64,000 nt of DNA. Source: Myxococcota bacterium. GTDB taxonomy: Bacteria; Myxococcota_A; UBA9160; UBA6930. Within the stretch, counting starts at the first letter, position 1, and each line of letters starts with the position of its first letter. Of the stretch, positions 27,303 to 35,848 are shown piece after piece. The translations under genes and the position numbers were made by a program. Below the pieces are notes generated by a model, which had not been told where the DNA came from, ran no database searches, and saw only the letters and a program-made list of their open reading frames with translations. The stretch lies in contig JANQOX010000025.1 of assembly GCA_028285625.1 (NCBI GenBank), forward strand, positions 206,461 through 270,460, read 5' to 3'.

Positions 27303-28652
27303 TTAGTCTTGGGTCATAGGGGGTTGATCTGAAACGGCTTTTGGGAGCCGCCAGGCCAGCAGCGCCATGCCCAGCGCTCCGGAGACGGCCGAGGCCACCA
27401 GGACCCCGATCTTGGCGGCATCCAGGGCGGGCCCATCCAGGGCGAGCCCGGAGATGAACAGCGACATCGTGAAGCCGATGCCTGCCAGGCAACCCGCCGC
27501 AAGAATCAGGCTCCAAGAGATCTCTTTGGGCCGCTGGGCAAGGCCGAGCGCCACCGCCGCAGCGGAAAAGCTCACGATGCCGAGTGGCTTGCCCACGACG
27601 AGTCCCAGCCCGACGCTGGCCGCGACCGGGTCGCGCAACGCATCGAGGTCGAAGGCGACACCCGCATTGGCGAGGGCGAACACGGGCATGATTCCGAAGC
27701 TCACCCAGGGGTGGAGTGCCGCCTCCAGCCGCTCGAGGGGTGAGATGGACTCGCGCATGGTGGTCTCGACCTGTCGGGCCACCTGCATGCGCGCTTGGGT
27801 CCAGCCCGAGCCGCGCAGGAAGGCCCCCGCGCGGTCGAGCGTGTCGTGAAGAAGACTGGCGCTCACCCACTCGCGGGCGGGCGTCATCAGCCCGAGGATC
27901 ACGCCCGCGATCGTGGCGTGGATGCCCGACTCGTGGAACTCCAGCCACACGATGCCGCCGAGGAAGACGTAGACCCCGACGCTGCGAACGCCGGCCAGTG
28001 CGAGCACGCGGACGGTCGCGATGACGGCGATGGCCAGGCCGAGCGCAAACAGATCGATGCGATCGGTGTATCCGATCGCGATCACCAGGATCGCGCCGAT
28101 GTCGTCGGCGATGGCGAGGCTCACCAGCAGCACGCGCAGGGAGGCTGGGACGCGAGAGCCGAGCAGCGCCAGGCATCCCACCACGAACGCGATGTCCGTG
28201 GCCATGGGGATGCCCCAGCCCCGGGCCGCCGGCTCGCCCGCCTGGGTCGCGAGATACAGGCCTGCTGGGACGATCATGCCGCCGAGCGCGGCGGCGATGG
28301 GCAGCGCGGCGCGGCGCAGGTCGCGCAGCTCGCCCAGCACGAGCTCGCGCTTGACCTCGAGGCCCATCACGAAGAAGAAGATCCCCATGAGGCCGTCGTT
28401 GATCCAATGCTTGAGAGAGTGGCTCATCTCCAACGAGCCCACGCCGAACGAGACCGGTGTCTTCCAGAACGCTGCGTAGGCGTCGGCCCAGGGCGAGTTG
28501 GCCAGGATCAGCGCGATCACGGTGGCCACGGCGAGCACGACGCCACCCGCGGACTCCACGTGGAGGAACCGCGTGAACGGCTCCAGGAAGCGGTCGATCG
28601 GCTGGTCGGGGAGCCTGGGATCTCCCGTCTCGTGACCGGACGGCGGGCTCAG
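27303..28652 (-). CDS. nhaA: Na+/H+ antiporter NhaA
   Basis: FLHVESAGGVVLAVATVIALILANSPW, HWINDGLMGIFFFVMGLEVKRE and WGIPMATDIAF are NhaA signatures. The start is uncertain: either CTG at 28652 overlapping the upstream stop (CTGA) or GTG at 28559. Confidence 0.9.
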   Translation of the reverse strand: MSPPSGHETGDPRLPDQPIDRFLEPFTRFLHVESAGGVVLAVATVIALILANSPWADAYAAFWKTPVSFGVGSLEMSHSLKHWINDGLMGIFFFVMGLEVKRELVLGELRDLRRAALPIAAALGGMIVPAGLYLATQAGEPAARGWGIPMATDIAFVVGCLALLGSRVPASLRVLLVSLAIADDIGAILVIAIGYTDRIDLFALGLAIAVIATVRVLALAGVRSVGVYVFLGGIVWLEFHESGIHATIAGVILGLMTPAREWVSASLLHDTLDRAGAFLRGSGWTQARMQVARQVETTMRESISPLERLEAALHPWVSFGIMPVFALANAGVAFDLDALRDPVAASVGLGLVVGKPLGIVSFSAAAVALGLAQRPKEISWSLILAAGCLAGIGFTMSLFISGLALDGPALDAAKIGVLVASAVSGALGMALLAWRLPKAVSDQPPMTQD

Positions 28653-29011
28653 GGCGCTTGCCGGATCTCGTCGCGGCTGAGCAGGCCGTCGCTGTCGGTG
28701 TCGGCGGCGTTGAAGTCGCGCGACCGCGCCTCGAGGAACTCGTTCATCTGCAGCCGGCCGTCGCCGTCGGTGTCCGCGCCCGCGATGGTTTCGGGCGTGA
28801 GGCCGGCCTCGCCGGGTTCGAGCGCGCCGTTCTTGTTGCCGTCTTCGAACAGGAACACGTCGAGCTGCCGTGCCTGGTACTCGGCGTGGTCGACGGCGCC
28901 GTCTTCGTTGCGATCGGTGGCCTCGAAGGCCCCCGTGTCGCCCAGCGCGGGCGACGCGAACCCGAGCCAGGCCAGGGCCAGCGCGGCGGACAAGATGCGA
29001 ATCGGGGTCAT
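28649..29011 (-). CDS. Periplasmic EF-hand calcium-binding protein
   Basis: ATG at 29011 follows GGAGGA. Signal peptide MTPIRILSAALALAWLGFASPALG. Three EF loops: DRNEDGAVDHAE, DTDGDGRLQMNE, DTDSDGLLSRDE. Confidence 0.8.
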   Translation of the reverse strand: MTPIRILSAALALAWLGFASPALGDTGAFEATDRNEDGAVDHAEYQARQLDVFLFEDGNKNGALEPGEAGLTPETIAGADTDGDGRLQMNEFLEARSRDFNAADTDSDGLLSRDEIRQAP

Positions 29012-29040
29012 CGGATCCTCCAAGAGCCTGCGTGAGCCGG

Positions 29041-29514
29041 TCACTCGACCACCTTCCACGAGCCGTCGGGCTGGCGGCAGGCCGTGCCGTATCCCATCTG
29101 GCGTTCGCCAGCGACCCAGATCTCCTGGGTGAACTCGCGGCAGTACTGGCCGTTCGGCTGCTGGTAGGTGCGGGTCGGCGTGAACGAGCCCGAGGCGCCG
29201 CTGTCGGGGTTGTTCCAGGGCGTGGCCGTGCCCGTGGGCGCGGTCTCGAGCGAGCGCTGGGCCGCCTGCTGGGAGATCTGGCGGTCTCGCTGGTCGAGCA
29301 CGGCGCCCCCTGCGGCGCCGAGCAGGCCGCCCGCGGCCACGCCAGCCAGGATCGCATCCGTGTCACCGCCCCCGATGGCGGCGCCGAGCAGGCCGCCGGC
29401 CACGGCACCGCCGAGCCCGCCGGCGGCGGTCTTGTTGGTGCGGCCGGTCTCGTTCGTGGGCGAGACGCAGGCCAACGCGCCAACCAGCGCGACGGCCACG
29501 AGCGCCAGTCTCAT
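29041..29514 (-). CDS. Glycine-zipper / 17-kDa surface antigen-type lipoprotein
   Basis: Lipobox LVGALAC. Gly-zipper GGLGGAVAGGLLGAAIGGG...AAGGLLGAAGGA. C-terminus YCREFTQEIWVAGERQMGYGTACRQPDGSWKV. It is only the 3' end of an 866-aa shadow ORF. Confidence 0.8.
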   Translation of the reverse strand: MRLALVAVALVGALACVSPTNETGRTNKTAAGGLGGAVAGGLLGAAIGGGDTDAILAGVAAGGLLGAAGGAVLDQRDRQISQQAAQRSLETAPTGTATPWNNPDSGASGSFTPTRTYQQPNGQYCREFTQEIWVAGERQMGYGTACRQPDGSWKVVE

Positions 29515-29694
29515 GCGCGGTCCGTGCGAATGCGCCCTCGCCGGGCCCGCTGTGGTCTGTCGCGGGGTCTTTCGAAGCTCGAAGTCCGTCGTGCTGCGCG
29601 ATCGCATTGGGGGTTCCTCCCTCCAAGAGTTGCGAAGCCGAATCAACCTAGCAGTCGGACGGGGCACCCCCCATGAACATTCACGGCGTGGGAG

Positions 29695-31701
29695 GTGCCT
29701 TCGGGCTGCCGCTCCGGGGGGTTGCCGCTGCGAGCCCCGCGGGCGGTCCGTATGCTGTCGCCGGTGGGGGGAGTTCGGAACGGGGAGGCGGAGCGAGGCG
29801 CCGTCAGGCGCGCGCGTGCGGCGGCGCTGGCGGCCGCGGCGCTGCTGGGCCTCTTGCTCGTGGTCCTGCCGGGCCCCTGGACGCTCGAGAGCGGCGCAGG
29901 GTTTCCTTCGCCCTCGGGCCGGCCGCTTCGGGACACGGTGTTTGCGGCGGTCTACTGGGTTGCCGCCGGCGAACTGTTCGTGGTGTTGCTGTTGGCTGCG
30001 ACGGCTTCGCTGTGGGCCCGCGAACCCGAGCGCGCGCCTTCCGCACCAGGGTGGCCGCGGCTGCCGCGAACCGGCTGGCTCGCCTTGTTTGCCTGCGCGG
30101 TGCTCGCCGTGGGGCTGCGACTGCCCCTGGCCGGAAGCAGCCTCTGGTGGGACGAAGCGTGGTCCATGCGCCGGGTCGTCACGGGGCAGGCGGTGCCCAG
30201 CGCCGAAGATCCCACGCAGCTCGAGGTGAAGCGGCCGCCCTGGTCGCGTCCCTTCTTCGACTACCGCAAGCCCACGAACCACGTCGTCTACAACGCGATG
30301 GGTCGCGCGAGCGTCGAGGTGGCCCAGACCGTGCGCGGATCGCCGCCGTGGGTCTTCGACGAGTTGGCATTCCGGTTGCCCGCACTGGTCGCCTCGGCGC
30401 TGGCGGTGATCGCGATGGGGCTCCTGGTGACGCGAATGGGCTGGCCCGCACTCGCACCCGTGGCGGCGCTGTTGCTGGCGGTGCATCCCTGGCACGTGCG
30501 CTACGGCGCCGAGGCCCGCGCCTATGGGCTCGTCCTGTTGTTCGCGCTGGCAGCGGCGCTTGCGCTCCAGGGCGCACTGGCCCGCGGGCGTTGGCGCGAC
30601 TGGCTGGCGTTCGGCGCGACGCAGCTGGCGCTGCTCTGGACGCAGCCGAGTGCCATCTACCTGGTCGTGTGCTTCGGCGTCGGGGCGGCGCTGCGCGTCG
30701 CGTTGGGGGCGGGGCCGGTACGCGACCGGGCCATCGGGCTGGGCCGGCTGGCCGTTTCGGGCGTTGCAGCCGCCCTGGTGTTCGCCCTGGTGATGGCGCC
30801 GAACATCGCGCAGTCGTTGGCCTGGACCGACGTGTTCCAGGAGCAGCAACGCATCTACGCCGCGGTGTTGCGAGACCTGTGGGTCAACGTGGCGATCGGC
30901 ATGCAGGACTGGACGGGAGTCGAGGCCCAGCCGCCGGAGGCCTACGCGACGCTTCCGGTGCTCGCGGCCGAGCGTCCTTGGGTGGTGCCCTTCGTCAACG
31001 GGCTGCTTCCGCTGGTCTGCGGTGCGGGCCTGGTGCGGCTGGCGTGGCGCTCGCGCGATGCGCGCACGGTGTTGCTGGTGATGCTCGGGGGGATGGCCCT
31101 CGCTCTCTACGTCACCCATGCGCGGCAGATGTACTACTACCACCGCTTCGTCATCTACGCGCTCGTTCCCCTGGTCGCGGGTCTCGTGGCCGGCTGGGAC
31201 CTGCCGGTGGCGGCGCTCACGAAGACGCGCGCCCAGCGCGCGGTGCGCGCGGCCTGGCTGCTCGCCGGGGTCGCGGCCTACCAGGCCGTCGTGTGGCCGC
31301 AGACGCGACTGCTGCTGACGCGGCCGGTCGCGCCGATGCGCGAGGTCGGGGCGTATCTGCGTGGGCTCTCCGGCGACGACCCGACCCGCGTGCTGCGCGG
31401 TGGGCTCGGCCTCGGCGGCGAGATGCCCGCCCTCTACGACCCGTGGCTTCGGTCGCTCCAGACCGAGGAGGCCTTCCAGGCGCTCCTGGCCGAGGCCGAG
31501 CGCACGGGGGCCCCGCTCGTGATCGCCTACGCCTACCGCGGGCAGAACGAGCCGCGTTTCCCGGCCGCCTTCGCGCTGCTGGACGACCCGGAACACTTCG
31601 AGCCGATGGCCGAGTGGCGTGGTGTAGAGATCGCGCACCACTACCGCGTGTTCTGTGCGCGGTCCGACTGTGACCGGGTGCGCGGCCCGGAGCGCGAGTG
31701 A
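29695..31701 (+). CDS. GT-C fold membrane glycosyltransferase (ArnT/PMT, GT39/83-like)
   Basis: About 12 or more hydrophobic helices. First-loop motif GSSLWWDEAWS is typical of PMT_2/ArnT-like enzymes, and there is a large C-terminal soluble domain. The start is uncertain (29695 or ATG at 29752). Confidence 0.65.
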   Translation: MPSGCRSGGLPLRAPRAVRMLSPVGGVRNGEAERGAVRRARAAALAAAALLGLLLVVLPGPWTLESGAGFPSPSGRPLRDTVFAAVYWVAAGELFVVLLLAATASLWAREPERAPSAPGWPRLPRTGWLALFACAVLAVGLRLPLAGSSLWWDEAWSMRRVVTGQAVPSAEDPTQLEVKRPPWSRPFFDYRKPTNHVVYNAMGRASVEVAQTVRGSPPWVFDELAFRLPALVASALAVIAMGLLVTRMGWPALAPVAALLLAVHPWHVRYGAEARAYGLVLLFALAAALALQGALARGRWRDWLAFGATQLALLWTQPSAIYLVVCFGVGAALRVALGAGPVRDRAIGLGRLAVSGVAAALVFALVMAPNIAQSLAWTDVFQEQQRIYAAVLRDLWVNVAIGMQDWTGVEAQPPEAYATLPVLAAERPWVVPFVNGLLPLVCGAGLVRLAWRSRDARTVLLVMLGGMALALYVTHARQMYYYHRFVIYALVPLVAGLVAGWDLPVAALTKTRAQRAVRAAWLLAGVAAYQAVVWPQTRLLLTRPVAPMREVGAYLRGLSGDDPTRVLRGGLGLGGEMPALYDPWLRSLQTEEAFQALLAEAERTGAPLVIAYAYRGQNEPRFPAAFALLDDPEHFEPMAEWRGVEIAHHYRVFCARSDCDRVRGPERE

Positions 31702-33308
31702 CGACCCCGCCAGCGTCCACTAGCTTCGGTCCTCGCATGGGCGAGGGGGTACCCGCGGGATCGGGCGCGCGCGCCGCGGTAGCACGATCGCGGGCCGTGC
31801 TCGCGGCCATCCTGCTACTGGCTGCCGTCGTACGCACGATCCGCTGGCACCAGACGGGCGCGATCTTCAACGATGGCCCGGTCTTCCTCGCCGTGGCCGA
31901 GCTCCTGCGCGAGGGACGCTTCGCCGAGGCGCTGGGCCACCCGTTCCACCCGCTCTACTCGGCTCTGGTCGCGCTGGTGCACGGCGTGGTGCCGGACCTG
32001 GAGACGGCGGCGCTCGTCGTGTCGATCGGTGCGGGGACGGCCGCCGTGGCCTGCCTCCATGCGCTCGTCCGCCGTGCCTTCGACCCGACGACGGCGCTGG
32101 TGGCGGCCTTCTTCCTCGCGGTGCATCCGGGTGCGATCGAGTACTCGGGCGACATCCAGAGCGAGCCGCTCTATCTGGCGCTCTTCCTGGCCTGCGCCGC
32201 CGCGCTGTGGCAGGGCCTGACGACCCGGCGCGCGGCCCCGTTGCTGCTCGCCGGCGTGCTGGGCGGGGCCGCCTACCTGACGAGGCCCGAAGGTCTCGGC
32301 ATCGTGCTGGTGGCCGGGGCGGGGCTGGGTTGGGCGGCATTGTGCAAGCGCCTTGCTTGGGGGCAGGCGGTGGCCCTGGGTAGCGCGCTCGCTCTGGGTC
32401 TGGTGCTCACCGCGGGGCCCTACCTCGGTTGGCTGCGCATCGACGGCGGGAGCTTCGAGGTCTCGGGCAAGAAGCAGCTCGGCGTGGTGGCCGGCGTCGT
32501 CGAAGAGCCCTTCCAGGGCGAAGACCCGCTGGCCGCGAACCCCCAGCAGCCGTGGGTGCGCGACGCCGACGACCCGGCCCCGGACTCGCCACAGGCGCGT
32601 CCCCCGCGGCCGGAGCCCTCCACGTGGGAGCGGGCCCTCGATGCCGTCCTCGACACGTTCCAGACCCACTTCCGGTCGCTCCGTTACGAGCTGGCGCTGA
32701 TCGGGTTGGCCGGCCTGGTGTTGGCCCGCCCGCGTCCGGGGCGACGGGCGGCCATGGTGCTGTCCGTGGTGGCTGCGTACGCGGCTTTGCTGCTGCTGCT
32801 GCGCTTCAACGTGGGCTATGTGAGCGGCCGGCACACCCTGCCGTCGGTGACGCTGGTCTTCGGCTACGTGGCGGCCGCAGCGCTGGTGGTCACGGCCCGG
32901 GGTAGTCTCGGCGCAAGGGGCCGGGGGGTCGTGCTGGCAGTCCTGCTCGCCATCGTTGCGGGAGTCGGGCTCACCAAGGCGCTCAAGCCCAGTCGGCTCG
33001 AGGCCGTGGCCGAGCGGCGCGCGGCCTCCTGGCTGGCCCAGGCCGAGCCGGACGCCGTGGTGGCGGCGCGCAAGCGCCGGACCGCCTACTACGCCGATGC
33101 GCCCTGGGTGAAGCTCGCGACGGCCGCCTATCCGGGCGGGCTTCGCGCACTCGGTGCGACCCACCTGATCCTCGCCGACGACGACGTGGGGGACTACGCC
33201 AAGCTCGGCCCGCTGGAGCCGCCCCGGATGCGCCTGCTGCACCAGGAGCAGGCACACGGGGTGACCGCGTCGGTCTACGGGCTCTGGCCCGAGGGCGAGA
33301 GCCAGTAG
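31698..33308 (+). CDS. GT-C fold membrane glycosyltransferase-like protein (second, diverged copy)
   Basis: The GTG start overlaps the upstream stop (GTGA). Polytopic membrane protein with a loop AIFNDGPVFLAVAELL at the position of the DE motif. The function call is tentative. Confidence 0.55.
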   Translation: MTTPPASTSFGPRMGEGVPAGSGARAAVARSRAVLAAILLLAAVVRTIRWHQTGAIFNDGPVFLAVAELLREGRFAEALGHPFHPLYSALVALVHGVVPDLETAALVVSIGAGTAAVACLHALVRRAFDPTTALVAAFFLAVHPGAIEYSGDIQSEPLYLALFLACAAALWQGLTTRRAAPLLLAGVLGGAAYLTRPEGLGIVLVAGAGLGWAALCKRLAWGQAVALGSALALGLVLTAGPYLGWLRIDGGSFEVSGKKQLGVVAGVVEEPFQGEDPLAANPQQPWVRDADDPAPDSPQARPPRPEPSTWERALDAVLDTFQTHFRSLRYELALIGLAGLVLARPRPGRRAAMVLSVVAAYAALLLLLRFNVGYVSGRHTLPSVTLVFGYVAAAALVVTARGSLGARGRGVVLAVLLAIVAGVGLTKALKPSRLEAVAERRAASWLAQAEPDAVVAARKRRTAYYADAPWVKLATAAYPGGLRALGATHLILADDDVGDYAKLGPLEPPRMRLLHQEQAHGVTASVYGLWPEGESQ

Positions 33309-33319
33309 ACCGGTAGCGG

Positions 33320-34627
33320 CTATTCGCCGAGGCCGTATGCGGTCTCGGAGTGCTCCGCGAGGTCGAGGCCCGTGGCTTCGCTCTCCTCGTCGACCCGGAG
33401 GTCGCCCATTACCATCTTCATGGCGAACAGGATCGCCAGCGTGGCCAGCGGCGCGAAGACCGCCGTGAACGCGACGCCCTCGAGCTGGATCAGAAGCTGG
33501 CCACCGCGGCTCGCGATCTCGCCGGCCTCCATGGCGTAGTCACTGAGGAAGAGCGCAGCGGCGATGGCGCCCCAGGTGCCTCCGATGCCGTGCACCCCGA
33601 ACACGTCGAGCGAGTCGTCGTAGCCGAGGCGCGGCTTGAGGAGCATGACCGCCACGTAGCAGATGACGGCCGATCCGGCGCCGACGCCGATGGCGCCCGC
33701 CGGCGAGACCGCGGCGCATGCCGGGGTAATGGCGACCAGGCCGGCCACCGCGGCCGTGGCCCCGCCCAGGACCGTGGGCTTGCCGTGCTGGAACCACTCG
33801 ATGGCGACCCAGACGAGGATCGCCGAGGCGGCCGCCGTGTTCGTGTTGATGAACGCCAGGCCGGCGATGCCGTCGGCGGCGAGCTCGCTCCCCGCGTTGA
33901 ACCCGAACCAGCCGACCCAGAGCAGGGCGGCGCCGATCACCGCGAACGGCAGGTTGTGCGGCGCCATCTGCTCCTTGCCGAAGCCGCGCCGCTTGCCCAG
34001 GTAGATCGCCGCGACCAGGGCGGAGAATCCGCTCGACATGTGGACGACCAGGCCGCCCGCGAAGTCGATCGCGCCGGACTCGCCGATCCAGCCGCCGCCC
34101 CAGACCATGTGGGCCAGCGGCGCGTAGACCACCAGCAGCCAGATGGCGATGAACACGAGGTAGGCGCTGAAGCGCATGCGTTCGGCGAAGGCACCGAGCA
34201 TGAGCGCGGGCGTGATGATCGCGAACATGCCCTGGAACATCACGAAGACGTACTCGGGGATGGTTCCCGAAATCGTCTCGGGCGTGGCGTGCGAGAGCAT
34301 CAACATCGAGAAGTCGCCGATGAGGGCATTGCCCTCGCCGAAGGCCAGCGAGTAGCCGACCACGACCCAGAGGACCCCGGCCAGGCCCGCCGAGATCAGG
34401 CACTGCATGAAGACCGACAGCACGTTCTTGCCGCGGACGAGGCCGCCGTAGAAGAGCGCGAGCCCGGGCAGGGTCATCATCAGGACCAGCGCGGTGCTGG
34501 TGAGCATCCACGCCGTGTCGCCGGCGGACAGTTGGTCCTCCGCAGCCGCGGGGGCGGCCTGCACGAGCGCGACGAGCGCCGCGAGCAGCGTGAGCCAGGC
34601 GGGGTGGTGGAGCCTACGAGTTGACAT
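33320..34627 (-). CDS. amtB: Ammonium transporter AmtB
   Basis: Signal peptide, then DTAWMLTSTALVLMMTLPGLALFYGG, FAIITPALMLGAFAER, DFAGGLVVHMSSG, LDVFGVHGIGGTWG. It is only the 3' 436 codons of the 844-aa track ORF. Confidence 0.95.
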   Translation of the reverse strand: MSTRRLHHPAWLTLLAALVALVQAAPAAAEDQLSAGDTAWMLTSTALVLMMTLPGLALFYGGLVRGKNVLSVFMQCLISAGLAGVLWVVVGYSLAFGEGNALIGDFSMLMLSHATPETISGTIPEYVFVMFQGMFAIITPALMLGAFAERMRFSAYLVFIAIWLLVVYAPLAHMVWGGGWIGESGAIDFAGGLVVHMSSGFSALVAAIYLGKRRGFGKEQMAPHNLPFAVIGAALLWVGWFGFNAGSELAADGIAGLAFINTNTAAASAILVWVAIEWFQHGKPTVLGGATAAVAGLVAITPACAAVSPAGAIGVGAGSAVICYVAVMLLKPRLGYDDSLDVFGVHGIGGTWGAIAAALFLSDYAMEAGEIASRGGQLLIQLEGVAFTAVFAPLATLAILFAMKMVMGDLRVDEESEATGLDLAEHSETAYGLGE

Positions 34628-34674
34628 GGCTGTGTCCTTCCGAGCACGGTGGGCCTCTTGCGGCGCAGTCGAGG

Positions 34675-34690
34675 AGCAAGACCTGTGCCA
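34675..34690 (-). promoter_or_regulatory. Sigma-54 promoter upstream of amtB
   Basis: The minus strand reads TGGCAC-AGGTC-TTGCT, an exact match to TGGCAC-N5-TTGCW. The -12 element lies about 49 nt upstream of the amtB ATG. Confidence 0.65.
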
Positions 34691-34823
34691 GCGGGAGCGC
34701 ACGTGGGGCGACTTCAGCCGGGTCCGATGCCCGTGCTGCCCGCGAAACGAGCACCCCCTGCCTGATTGCTGGGCAGACCTCTCGCGCCACCGTCCCTCGC
34801 CGCTGCTGCCGTATGCTCGTGGT

Positions 34824-35366
34824 GTGGAGCACCGCGCAGGGCCGCCGCAGATCCTTCCCTTCGAGGGGATGGAGCCCCGGGTCGACCCGAGCGCCTGGGT
34901 GGCCCCGGGAGCGACGGTCGTGGGCGACGTGGTGATCGGCCCCGACACCAGCATCTGGTACGCGTGCGTCGTGCGGGGCGACGTGCACCGGGTCCGAATC
35001 GGGGCGCGCAGCAACGTCCAGGATGGCAGCGTGATCCACGTGACACGCGATCGCTTCGCGGCGGAGATCGGAGACGAGGTCACGATCGGCCATCGCGCGG
35101 TGGTCCATGGATGCAGGGTTGGCGACGGCGCGCTGGTCGGAATCGGCGCCGTGGTGCTCGATGGCGCCGAGGTGGGCGAGGGAGCCTTGGTGGGCGCAGG
35201 AGCGCTGGTGGCCCCGGGTGCGACGGTGCCGCCCCGCACGCTCGTTCTCGGCACCCCGGCGCGCCCGGTACGCGAACTGAGCGACGAAGAACGGAAGCTC
35301 CAGCGCGAGCGCACCCTGCAGTACGTCGAGACGGCGCGCCAGCATGCCAAGGCCATCGCTCGTTGA
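34824..35366 (+). CDS. Gamma-carbonic anhydrase-like / hexapeptide-repeat (LbH) protein (YrdA/PaaY family)
   Basis: PFEGMEPRVDPSAWVAPGATVVGDVVIGPDTSIWYACVVRGD, NVQDGSVIHV and repeated hexapeptides. GTG at 34824 gives the usual ~180 aa. Confidence 0.85.
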   Translation: MEHRAGPPQILPFEGMEPRVDPSAWVAPGATVVGDVVIGPDTSIWYACVVRGDVHRVRIGARSNVQDGSVIHVTRDRFAAEIGDEVTIGHRAVVHGCRVGDGALVGIGAVVLDGAEVGEGALVGAGALVAPGATVPPRTLVLGTPARPVRELSDEERKLQRERTLQYVETARQHAKAIAR

Positions 35367-35848
35367 TTCCGGGGCGGGCGAGCCGGCCGGCCCTCGAAGC
35401 CCGGCACTTCTGGCGGTGGCTGGCCTTCGCCAGCCTCTCGTGCGGCGTGCTCGCCGGCTCGGCCATGGCCGACCCGGCCCCCGACCCGGGTCACCCCTAC
35501 TGTGCGGCCGCGCTGGCCGACCATCCAGGGCTCGCACCCGTGGCCGCGCTTCGCGCGGAGGAGTCCGAGCGATGGAAGCGCGCGCGTGCCGCCGCGCGCG
35601 AGGGACGAAAGTCGCTGCGCCGCTCGCTCGGGGCCGGGCCGAGCTCGCGCGTGCTGGCCGGCGACTTCGAGCGCGCCGACGGGGTGAACCGGCAGTCGAT
35701 GAGCGAGGCGCGCACATTCTGCGAGTGCCGCGCGCGCCTGGGCGACCCGGATGGGGCCCCTTGCGACCGGCTCTACTACGGCGTGCCGTCGCTGCCTGCG
35801 AGCCAGTCGATCCCTGCCGAGGCGAGCGCCAGCGACAGCGGCTCGTAG
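35363..35848 (+). CDS. Hypothetical secreted protein
   Basis: TTG at 35363 overlaps the upstream stop (TTGA). Signal peptide FWRWLAFASLSCGVLAGSAMA. High GC3. The 3' end overlaps the convergent amidohydrolase gene by 73 nt. Confidence 0.5.
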   Translation: MIPGRASRPALEARHFWRWLAFASLSCGVLAGSAMADPAPDPGHPYCAAALADHPGLAPVAALRAEESERWKRARAAAREGRKSLRRSLGAGPSSRVLAGDFERADGVNRQSMSEARTFCECRARLGDPDGAPCDRLYYGVPSLPASQSIPAEASASDSGS

